DNA of 64,000 nt from NCBI GenBank assembly GCA_963735805.1, contig CAVTMK010000002.1, positions 1,376,001-1,440,000 of the forward strand, read 5' to 3'. Positions 20,136 through 28,834 of this stretch are shown one piece after another (position 1 is the first letter of the stretch; every line of letters starts with the position of its first letter). The DNA comes from an uncultured Verrucomicrobiae bacterium. GTDB taxonomy: Bacteria > Verrucomicrobiota > Verrucomicrobiia > Chthoniobacterales > UBA10450. The notes beneath the pieces were generated by a model. It made no database searches. It saw only the letters and a program-made list of their open reading frames with translations, and had not been told where the DNA came from. Made by a program: the position numbers and the translations under genes.

Positions 20136-20594
20136 TTATCTCTGGATTTGCATGTCAACGCCGCCACCGGTGGCGTTCACATCAAGGCCTGTTTGTGTGG
20201 CGGAAAGGCGAACTATTACACCGGCCTGATTTGACATGAGGGTGCTGGCTTTCCCCTTAGCAATAGTCACACCGCGGGTGCCCTCGGCACCGACATTATA
20301 ATGACCGTTGAAATCTTGAAGATGCTTTAGGTTGAAAACCTCGCCATACGCGGAACTGCCTGTCATGCCGACTTTGCCTACCGATAGTCCGTTCACCTTG
20401 ACCGGATAGTCTTTGCCTCTGTAGGTCAGCGTCCCTGACCCCCACCTGAAGCCGATTCCAAGGGCGAAAGAGCCTCCGCTCAGACGCAAAGTTGCATCCG
20501 GCTTGGAATCATGATGATGAGTTGCCGCCTGTGTAAATCCCGTCGTCACGCCGAGGATCGTTAGTAGAACTGCAATTTTCTTTAGATTTTTCAT
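20136..20594 (-). CDS. Exported DUF1134/EipA-like protein
   Basis: GIGFRWGSGTLTYRG, V.GLSVG.VG, GEVFNL..L.DF.G.Y, M.N..GV; ATG at 20594 with a signal peptide. Confidence 0.65.
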   Translation of the reverse strand: MKNLKKIAVLLTILGVTTGFTQAATHHHDSKPDATLRLSGGSFALGIGFRWGSGTLTYRGKDYPVKVNGLSVGKVGMTGSSAYGEVFNLKHLQDFNGHYNVGAEGTRGVTIAKGKASTLMSNQAGVIVRLSATQTGLDVNATGGGVDMQIQR

Positions 20595-20902
20595 AGTGGA
20601 TTTCGTTTGAGTGTTTCGTTTTTTCCTTGCGATCAGAGTTCCCCCCCCGACGGCTTCTATTGGATGAGGGTTATATATCCGAGTCCTCAATGGCTAGTCA
20701 AAACATTTATGCATCAAGACGATGGATTATTAAATGTGGGAAACAATGCGATTTCGCTAGGACCTCGCCCTACAAAAATGAAAGGTTCTCTCGATCATCG
20801 CTGTTTTTGTAGAATTAAGGTTGGGTGATGGGGTTCGAAGAGTAACAATGGCGATTCGACCTGTCGGTGGATCTAACGAACCCGAACGAAGGACAAAAGA
20901 CC

Positions 20903-23341
20903 ATGAACAACAAATATGCTAATCAAAGCCACAGTAAAGCCGCCGCATTTGGCGGAAGTCTTGCGTTTTGTGCCTTTGCTGCGGCATTTGTGTGGCCCGT
21001 CAACGCGCAGGAGGTCCTGCCGTTTCCGCCTAAACGCTCCGGCAGTACTGCGGAGCGGACCATGCAGGAATCCACGTACAGTCCGCTGCCTCCGGTAAGC
21101 CATCTTCCCAAAGATGCCCCGAACATTCTGATTTTTCTCATTGACGACGTCGGCCCCGCCCAGACGGATACTTATGGCGGGGAGATCCACACGCCAACCT
21201 TGTCGCGCATTGCCAAGGAAGGCATCTCCTACAACCGCTTTCACACCACGGCGATGTGTTCGCCGACACGCGCCGCGTTGTTGACCGGACGCAATCACCA
21301 CCGCGTGGCCAGCGGACAGATCGCCGAACTGGCGAATGACTGGGATGGCTACACCGGCACCATGCCGAGGAGCAGCGCTACGGTCGCCGAAGTCCTAAAG
21401 AACTATGGCTACGGGACCGCCGCCTGGGGGAAGTGGCACAACACGCCTGCGTTGGAATCGACCGCGGCCGGCCCGTTTGATCACTGGCCTACAGGTTATG
21501 GTTTCGAGTATTTCTACGGGTTTCTCGGCGGTGAAGCGTCACAATGGGAGCCGCAGCTTGTTCGAAACACGTCCTATGTTCAGCATCCACACACTTCCGG
21601 AGGGCACAATTATTATCATCTGAGCGAGGACCTCGCCGATGACGCGATATCGTGGCTGAAGCAACATAAAGCCCTCGCACCGGACAAACCCTTCTTTATG
21701 TATTGGGCTAGCGGCGCATCGCACGGTCCGTTTCATGTTCCGAAGGAGTGGGCGGACAAATACAAGGGCAAATTCGACGATGGCTGGGATAACTACCATG
21801 AACGCGTTTTCAAACGCGCCAAGGAAATGGGCTGGATTCCGCAGAATGCTAAGCTGACCCCGCGGCCAGCTAGTCTGGCTTCGTGGGACTCGATTCCCGA
21901 AGACGAAAGACCGTTTCAACGACGGTTGATGGAGGTGTACGCCGGATTCACCGAACACGTCGACGCGCAAATCGGACGGATCGTGGATGAGGTTGACAAT
22001 CTCGGTTATGGCAAGAACACGCTGATTTTTTACATCTGGGGTGATAACGGCGCTTCCGCTGAAGGTCAGAACGGCACGATCAGCGAGTTCCTCGCGCAGA
22101 ATGGCATCCCAACTACGATAAGGCAGCACATGCAGGCCCTTGATTCGTTAGGCGGTCTCGACGCGCTCGGTTCGCCCAAGACTGATCCCATGTATCACGC
22201 CGGTTGGGCCTGGGCTGGCGGCGCACCCTATCAATATACCAAGTTGATCGCATCGCATTTCGGCGGAACGCGGAATCCCATGGCCGTTCGCTGGCCGGCC
22301 AAGATCAAGCCCGACGGGGCGCCACGTTCGCAATTCCTGCATGTGAATGATGTCGCCCCCACCATCTACGACTTACTTGGCATTACGCCACCGCGCATGG
22401 TTAATGGCATTTCCCAAGACCCGTTCGATGGCGTCAGTTTTGCCAGTACATTCAACAACGCGAAGGCACCGGAGGTGAAGCACACTCAGTATTTCGAAGT
22501 CATGGGCAGCCGCAGCATTTATCATGACGGCTGGATAGCTTCGGCGGTCGGACCGCGCATTCCCTGGATCCCGGGCCTGCCGCCGGGCATCAAGGAATGG
22601 ACGCCTGACAAGGACAAGTGGGAACTTTACGATCTCAACGATGACTGGTCTCAGGCCGAGGACCTCGCCGGAAAAATGCCGGAGAAGCTGAAAGAGATGC
22701 AGGACATCTTCCTGACGGAGTTTACAAAAAACAAGGGCTTGCCCGTCGGCGGCGGAATGTGGATTCCAATATTGCATCCCGAACTGCGTCTAGCTCCGCC
22801 TTACAACTCGTGGAACTTCCCGGGCGGCATCACGAGAATCCCGGAGTTCGCCGCACCTGCGTTGGGCAACAAGCCTAACCTTGTTACAGTTGAGGCCGAT
22901 GTTCCTGTTAACGCCAGCGGCGTGATTTACGCGCTCGGTGGCTTTTCAGGCGGGCTCAGCTGTTACGTGAAGGACGGCGTGCTGTCTTACGAATACAACC
23001 TGTTCGAGATTCAGCGCACCCACATCAAAGCAAAAGACAAGCTACCGGCAGGTAAAGTAAAAATAGAAGTAGAGACTACCTACGTTCAGCCGAGGCCCGC
23101 CGGTCCGCTCAAAGTGATGATGAAAGTCAACGGCAAGGAGGTCGCCTCCGGCACGGTGCCGGTCAGCGCGCCATTGCTTTTCACCTCAAACGACTGCCTG
23201 GACTTTGGCGTGGACCTCGGCTCGCCTGTCAGCGTTGAGTATTACGATGACGCGCCCTTCAAGTTCAACGGCACGATTGACCAGGCAAGCGTGGAATACC
23301 TCGGCGCGCCGCCCAGTAACACTGGCGGAAAGAGCAAATGA
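20903..23341 (+). CDS. Arylsulfatase (Cys-type formylglycine sulfatase), exported
   Basis: PNILIFLIDDVG, CSPTRAALLTGR, GKWH and GDNG motifs; C-terminal LamG-like beta region. Confidence 0.95.
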   Translation: MNNKYANQSHSKAAAFGGSLAFCAFAAAFVWPVNAQEVLPFPPKRSGSTAERTMQESTYSPLPPVSHLPKDAPNILIFLIDDVGPAQTDTYGGEIHTPTLSRIAKEGISYNRFHTTAMCSPTRAALLTGRNHHRVASGQIAELANDWDGYTGTMPRSSATVAEVLKNYGYGTAAWGKWHNTPALESTAAGPFDHWPTGYGFEYFYGFLGGEASQWEPQLVRNTSYVQHPHTSGGHNYYHLSEDLADDAISWLKQHKALAPDKPFFMYWASGASHGPFHVPKEWADKYKGKFDDGWDNYHERVFKRAKEMGWIPQNAKLTPRPASLASWDSIPEDERPFQRRLMEVYAGFTEHVDAQIGRIVDEVDNLGYGKNTLIFYIWGDNGASAEGQNGTISEFLAQNGIPTTIRQHMQALDSLGGLDALGSPKTDPMYHAGWAWAGGAPYQYTKLIASHFGGTRNPMAVRWPAKIKPDGAPRSQFLHVNDVAPTIYDLLGITPPRMVNGISQDPFDGVSFASTFNNAKAPEVKHTQYFEVMGSRSIYHDGWIASAVGPRIPWIPGLPPGIKEWTPDKDKWELYDLNDDWSQAEDLAGKMPEKLKEMQDIFLTEFTKNKGLPVGGGMWIPILHPELRLAPPYNSWNFPGGITRIPEFAAPALGNKPNLVTVEADVPVNASGVIYALGGFSGGLSCYVKDGVLSYEYNLFEIQRTHIKAKDKLPAGKVKIEVETTYVQPRPAGPLKVMMKVNGKEVASGTVPVSAPLLFTSNDCLDFGVDLGSPVSVEYYDDAPFKFNGTIDQASVEYLGAPPSNTGGKSK

Positions 23342-23724
23342 ATGGAAAAATCGGAAGAACGACAAACGTCGAGCTATTTCTTGTTGTTTGCTATCCAAAC
23401 GACTGGAGCGGCCATCGTCCGCCGCTACGGTAGTTCGTAACGCACTAGTTGGTCACATTGTTCTATTTGTTGCCCGCATGTCGTTTGTACTTGCTACATC
23501 TGTTTTTGGTTTTTGTCTTCATCGTGCGAAGACCCCGAACTCCAATTACCCCCGTCCCGCTATTTCGTTCTCATTATTGGCTTGTTCGCCTTCTTCTGTT
23601 ACACGCAGAAACTTGAGCGACTGGGAAAGCGTTGATCCGCCGCGGGCCCCAGCAAGAAGACAGGTGAGTCAGGTGTTAACTGAAGTCAGCATCAAATTTC
23701 GCGCTAGTTAGAAGGCAACCGCTG

Positions 23725-23746
23725 CTATAGCCCTAAAGTCTCATAG
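23725..23746 (+). promoter_or_regulatory. 22-bp palindromic operator, copy 3
   Basis: CTATAGCCC-TAAA-GTCTCATAG; AAAATT at 23768-23773 after a 21-nt gap. Confidence 0.65.
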
Positions 23747-23864
23747 ACAGAGCCCCAGGAGGTCGACAAAATTGCTCCAGGTGCTTATCGACGACTTCTG
23801 TCAGTTTTAAGCGGTCCATGCGTTTTGTCGCAATTATGAAAAGATCCAGCCATCTTAAAAAAGA

Positions 23865-25145
23865 ATGAGAGCCGGAGTCTTGATCAATTCCCTCGCTTTT
23901 GCTCTGCTGGCTGCCTCGCTCGCGATCGGTTCCGAACCAACGCCTACGGTGTCGGTAACGCCACTTGCCTACGAAGAATTACCTGAGTTAAGAGCAAGCG
24001 ATATTCTCAAGTCCGAGTTCCTGAATGGGGCACACTATAAGGTCCGTGAGGAAGCACCAACCTTTTCAGGCGCCAACCAGTTTACCATTGATTCTGACTT
24101 CGGCGTGTTTGAAGCGGACGGAAACGAAATGCTCGTCACGCGAATTAACGAGATCACTGCCATCGCGCGACTCAAAGAAGTATCGCGCACGGATGAGTTC
24201 AAAGAGGCGCTAAATAAAGCCGCCAGAAGTCCCGTAGCAGCAGCAAAAGCAATAGCTAACGATCCGGTTCACACAATTGCGAATGTGCCCAAGGGACTCA
24301 TGAAGTTCATGGGTCGGATCGGTGAAAATGTTAAAGGCATCGGCGAAAAGCACCAGGCGAACGGCCCCGAAGGCACCCAGTTGCAACAAGTCATCGGTTT
24401 TTCTGATGCAAAGCGAAAAGTCGCCATAAGTCTCGGTGTCGATCCGTACAGCACTAACACGGTGTTGCAGCACGAACTAGATCAAATCGCCTGGGCTTCT
24501 TTCGCAGGTGGTGCGGCTTTCACGCTTGCAACACTGCCGGTTAGCGGCGCGGCCGGAACGGCGCTGACCGTGACGGAAGTATCAGGCGATTTCAATGACA
24601 TTCTGAAGGAAAAATCGCCCACTGACCTTAGAATGATGAATCGGAGAGCGCTTCTCGACATGGGCGCGACTGAAAATGAAACCGACAGATTCTTAAACAA
24701 CAACGCGTTTTCTCCATCGGCGCAGACTGCCTTTGTGCTGAATTTAAGGTCGCTGAAAGGTGTAACCAACCGCCGCTCTTTCATTCGGCTGGCAGGTGAA
24801 ACAAGCTCGTCTGAGACAGACGCAATCTTTTGCGTTCAGACCGCCGCGCTGATGAGCAAGCTTAACAAGGAAGTGCCGCTTTCCCGCGTTGAGCTGCTAG
24901 GAGAGTTTCCGATCTGCGTCGCCAAAGACGGAACAACCGTCGTTGCTTTGCAATGGGATTATGCAGCCTGGACCCCGGGAGCAGCGCACGTCAGCGACGA
25001 AGTCGAAAAGTTTGCAACCAAACCTCCGAGGAACAAGCGTGTGCTGGTCGCTCTCTCTGGCCAGGTCTCGCCGCGGCTACGTCAGGAATTGGAAGCACGG
25101 GGCCAGTTGGTAAAGGACCGAGTCGCACCCGGCCCGCTAAAATAA
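23865..25145 (+). CDS. Exported hypothetical protein
   Basis: 426-aa ORF with a signal peptide; AKRKVAISLGVDPYSTN segment. Confidence 0.8.
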   Translation: MRAGVLINSLAFALLAASLAIGSEPTPTVSVTPLAYEELPELRASDILKSEFLNGAHYKVREEAPTFSGANQFTIDSDFGVFEADGNEMLVTRINEITAIARLKEVSRTDEFKEALNKAARSPVAAAKAIANDPVHTIANVPKGLMKFMGRIGENVKGIGEKHQANGPEGTQLQQVIGFSDAKRKVAISLGVDPYSTNTVLQHELDQIAWASFAGGAAFTLATLPVSGAAGTALTVTEVSGDFNDILKEKSPTDLRMMNRRALLDMGATENETDRFLNNNAFSPSAQTAFVLNLRSLKGVTNRRSFIRLAGETSSSETDAIFCVQTAALMSKLNKEVPLSRVELLGEFPICVAKDGTTVVALQWDYAAWTPGAAHVSDEVEKFATKPPRNKRVLVALSGQVSPRLRQELEARGQLVKDRVAPGPLK

Positions 25146-25148
25146 GGA

Positions 25149-25568
25149 ATGAAACTCCCTCCCGATGTTCAGTTTCATGAAAACGTTCGTCTCCTGGTGT
25201 GGAAACCGTATGGAGTGCTGAACGAGACGGTACTCAAACACATTACGGAGTTAATTGGAGACTTGGAGGCAGACTCAGACAAACCGTTTAATCGATTTAC
25301 TGATACCCTGGCTCTCGAAGCGATTGATCTAAACTTCAGATATGCTTTTGACTTCTCTCTTTTCCGGCGCCTCTCTTACGCCGGACGTTCACCGGTAAAA
25401 TCTGCAATTCTCGTTCCGAGCATCGCCCTCGCTCATTACAGCAAGATGCACGAGGTTCTAACGCGGCATTCATCAATCGAAGTTCGTATTTTCGAAGAAC
25501 GTGAAGCAGCCGCAAAATGGCTTGGCGTGCCAGTTGAATTACTGATCATTAGTCCTATCGGTAGCTAA
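25149..25568 (+). CDS. Hypothetical protein, possibly STAS/SEC14-like fold
   Basis: 139 aa, operonic spacing, ends VRIFEEREAAAKWL. Confidence 0.65.
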   Translation: MKLPPDVQFHENVRLLVWKPYGVLNETVLKHITELIGDLEADSDKPFNRFTDTLALEAIDLNFRYAFDFSLFRRLSYAGRSPVKSAILVPSIALAHYSKMHEVLTRHSSIEVRIFEEREAAAKWLGVPVELLIISPIGS

Positions 25569-25570
25569 TA

Positions 25571-28147
25571 ATGAATCCGGTTTCGACAAAAGAGGACCAC
25601 CAGCAAAGCGAAGAGCAGCTGAGTTTGCTCCAGACGATCTCGATGGAGGTTGCGGCAGCCAGCGATCTGGCGTCCGCGTTGGAAGTAGTGCTTCGTGAAG
25701 TTTGCGAGAAGACGGGCTGGGTGATTGGCCAAGCCTGGGTGCCAAACTCAGATGCGACTGCTCTTGATCTGGTCACGGGATGGTATTGCGGCGATGGCGA
25801 ACTGAAACCTTTTAAAGCTGCCTCCGAAGCTTCTTACTTTAAACCGGGCGTCGGACTTCCCGGACGCGTGTGGGAGTCAAAACAGCCCGCCTGGGTTGAG
25901 GACGTCATCAACGATTCTAACTTTCCGCGATTGGCTGCGGCGCGATCGGCTCATCTGAAAACGGGCGTGGCAATTCCCATTTTATCGCGCTGCAAAGTCA
26001 TCGCTGTTCTCGAGTTTTTCATGCGGGAATCGCGGAGCGAGAATGAACAGTTAGTTAACGTAATTGTGGCCGTGGCCGCGCAGTTGGGCCTGATGATGGA
26101 GCGAAAAAGGGCTGCGGAACAACTCTCAGATACGAACGAAATTCTCCAGTCCATTTTGTCGAATATGGGCGACGCAGTTATCGTTGCCGATAAGGGCGGC
26201 CACTTCCTCGTCTTTAATCCCGCAGCCGAACGCATGTTCGGGAAAGGCGCAATGCAAATGCCATTTACCGAATGGTCGCGCCGTTACGGAATTTACCTTT
26301 CTGACAAGATCACGCCGTTTCCGCACGACCAATTGCCTCTGACGCGCTCGATCCGAGGCGAGGACGTAGACAATGTCGAGATGTTCCTTCGACATGAAAA
26401 GGCGCCACATGGGCTCTGGACGGAGATCACCGGTCGCCCCCTGCGTAGCGCTAACGGCGATGTGTTAGGTGGTGTGATCGTTTGCCGCGATATCACTGAA
26501 CTCAAAGAGGAAGAATTTTTCCGCGCGGGGCAAAGCCGTGTGCTCGAAATGATCGCCGCTGATGCGCCGCTGGCGGATGTTCTGACCAGCCTTGTTCTGC
26601 TCATGGAAGGCCAGGCTGAGGGACTGCGTTGCTCCATTCTTCTCTTGAACCGCGATGGAAAACGTGTGCGTCACGGCGCAGCCCCGAATCTGCCCGATGC
26701 TTATGTAAAAGCGGTGAACGGCGCACTGATCGGACCGCGCAACGGTTCGTGCGGCACCGCGATGTACCGGCGGCGACCAGTGGTTGTGACTGATGTAATG
26801 ACCGATCCGCTCTGGACTGATTACCGCGAGTTAGCAAAGATTTGTGGCCTCCGCGCCTGTTGGTCGACCCCGATTCTCTCTGGGCAAGGTGACGTGTTGG
26901 GTTCGTTTGCGATGTACCGCGAAGAAAACCGCGGACCGCTGCCACAAGAGACCAGGCTGACCCAAATCGCCACGCATATTGCCGGGATCGCTATCGAACG
27001 CCAACGACAGCAGGAGATTTTGCGCGAGCGCGAGGCCCGCATCAATCTCGCCGCTGAGTCGGCCGATCTCGCTTTTTGGATCCTGTATCCGGAACAAAAC
27101 ACCGCCTGGATGAGTGAAAAGGGCCGGTTGATCTACGGCTTCGATTCGAACCTGCCGCTAAGCTGTGATCTACTTCTTTCCCGTGTTCATCCCGACGAGC
27201 GAGCGGATGTCAAAGCGGCTTATGATCGTGCGTGTGCTCTTTCCGGGACGTTCGAAAGCGAGCATCGTCTTCGTTTGCCGTATGGAAAAACGCGGTGGGT
27301 AATTATGCGGGGGCGCTGCTTGAAGGATGAGGAAGGAAACCTTTTGGAAGTCATTGGCGTGACTCTGGATGTTAGCGCACAAAAACAAGCCGACCTTCAA
27401 TTGCAACATCAACGCGACGAGATGGCTCATCGAAACCGCGTTTCGCTGATGGGCGAGATGACTGCCTCCTTTGCACATGAACTCAATCAACCGCTCACGG
27501 CCATCGCGAACAACGCCTCTGCTGCGCGTCGTTTTCTCGAGAGGGGAAACATCGATCCGACGCTGTTGCAGCAGTTGTTGCACGACATGGTAGCCGATAG
27601 TCAACGTGCCGGTGAAGTGATCCGCGGAATTCGGAGTCTGGTGCGCAAGGAAACGGGCGTTCGCACGTTGTTAGATCTCAACGCAGTTATTACAGACACG
27701 GTCCGACTTGTTAGCTCGGACGTATTGAGTCGGGAAAGCGTAGTTATCACCGAGCTCGACCCGCAGCTTCCGCAAGTCAATGCTACGCTCGTTCAAATCC
27801 AGCAGGTTCTGCTCAACCTGATCATGAACGCGCTCGATGCGATGGAAGGACTGCCGCCGGCCGAACGCCGCATCATTATTAGTACGCGCTCGGACAAGGG
27901 CGACGTCGCCGAAGTGAGCGTGCGTGACTTTGGAACCGGGTTACCAAAAGAGAAGCCGGACAAAGTCTTTGATCACTTCTTTTCGACGAAACAAAAAGGA
28001 ATGGGAATGGGACTGGCCATTGTCCGATCGATTATCGAATCGCACGGCGGGACGATCGTAGGGGAAAACGCGCCCGACTGCGGCGCTACCATGATTGTTC
28101 GCTTGCCGGCGGTGCGCGGGCAAACGCAAACGGTAGCTGCGGCATGA
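25571..28147 (+). CDS. Cytoplasmic GAF-PAS-GAF-PAS sensor histidine kinase (FixL/NtrB-like)
   Basis: H box AHELNQPL, N box QQVLLNLIMNA, DFGTG, FFSTK and GMGMGL; no TM helices. Confidence 0.95.
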   Translation: MNPVSTKEDHQQSEEQLSLLQTISMEVAAASDLASALEVVLREVCEKTGWVIGQAWVPNSDATALDLVTGWYCGDGELKPFKAASEASYFKPGVGLPGRVWESKQPAWVEDVINDSNFPRLAAARSAHLKTGVAIPILSRCKVIAVLEFFMRESRSENEQLVNVIVAVAAQLGLMMERKRAAEQLSDTNEILQSILSNMGDAVIVADKGGHFLVFNPAAERMFGKGAMQMPFTEWSRRYGIYLSDKITPFPHDQLPLTRSIRGEDVDNVEMFLRHEKAPHGLWTEITGRPLRSANGDVLGGVIVCRDITELKEEEFFRAGQSRVLEMIAADAPLADVLTSLVLLMEGQAEGLRCSILLLNRDGKRVRHGAAPNLPDAYVKAVNGALIGPRNGSCGTAMYRRRPVVVTDVMTDPLWTDYRELAKICGLRACWSTPILSGQGDVLGSFAMYREENRGPLPQETRLTQIATHIAGIAIERQRQQEILREREARINLAAESADLAFWILYPEQNTAWMSEKGRLIYGFDSNLPLSCDLLLSRVHPDERADVKAAYDRACALSGTFESEHRLRLPYGKTRWVIMRGRCLKDEEGNLLEVIGVTLDVSAQKQADLQLQHQRDEMAHRNRVSLMGEMTASFAHELNQPLTAIANNASAARRFLERGNIDPTLLQQLLHDMVADSQRAGEVIRGIRSLVRKETGVRTLLDLNAVITDTVRLVSSDVLSRESVVITELDPQLPQVNATLVQIQQVLLNLIMNALDAMEGLPPAERRIIISTRSDKGDVAEVSVRDFGTGLPKEKPDKVFDHFFSTKQKGMGMGLAIVRSIIESHGGTIVGENAPDCGATMIVRLPAVRGQTQTVAAA

Positions 28148-28551
28148 GCAATCCGAACCAAGCAGAAGAGAACGAGGTTTGTCTGTTGGATGACGATCCT
28201 TCCGTTCTCAAGTCGATGCATTACTTGCTCGCATCCGAAGGCCTGAAAGTTCGCACGTTTAGTAAGGCAGAGGATTTTCTAGCTCACGCCACCTCACAAT
28301 ACGTTCCCGTCGTCGTCACTGACATCTGGATGGACGGGGTGACCGGTTTGGAAGTTCTGGCCCGGCTTTGCGCCATTTCGCCTAAGACGCGTGTAATCGT
28401 TATAACCGCGCGTGAAGACCTGGCTGCGCGTGCTACCGCCATGGCCATCGGTCCGGTTGCATTTTTTATGAAACCGTTCGACGACGAAAAATTCATAACT
28501 GCAGTCCGCGATGCTCTCGATCGCAGTGAGAAGCGAGAAAAGGCCCGCTAG
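28144..28551 (+). CDS. Single-domain response regulator
   Basis: LLDDDPSV, phospho-Asp in TDIWM, ITA and MKPF. Confidence 0.92.
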   Translation: MSNPNQAEENEVCLLDDDPSVLKSMHYLLASEGLKVRTFSKAEDFLAHATSQYVPVVVTDIWMDGVTGLEVLARLCAISPKTRVIVITAREDLAARATAMAIGPVAFFMKPFDDEKFITAVRDALDRSEKREKAR

Positions 28552-28834
28552 CACCGCAGTTCCGATACGACACCTCAAGACCATCCACCCGGATGGAAAA
28601 TTCAATCACTGCTGCGGCGGAACCGATTGTTACGGTTCTGTGACGAGATCCCCTAATGGAATATAGGGCTTTTCTCGGTGGCACGCGCAGCGTAAAATGC
28701 AGTGTGCCGTGGGAAAATATCGCTACGCCGGGATATGCACCTTGCCGATGCTGGCATACGGCAACCACGATAGTCACATTGGGAACGTCATTTGCGCCGC
28801 ACCGATCCAAAGGCGGTTCTTTAAACCATAGAGT

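Noticed and set aside
20755..20775. Seventh operator copy (minus strand TTGTAGGGCGAGGTCCTAGCG)
   Set aside because: The spacer is one base short, the right arm is poor, and there is no -10 at the shared spacing.
23342..23711. ORF 23205..23711 and the T-rich stretch after the sulfatase
   Set aside because: It overlaps the sulfatase end and has no credible start or domain; treated as intergenic.
28645..28666. Operator-like GAGATCCCC-TAAT-GGAATATAG upstream of the MASE1 kinase
   Set aside because: It lacks the conserved GTC core and is too degenerate to call without a PWM.
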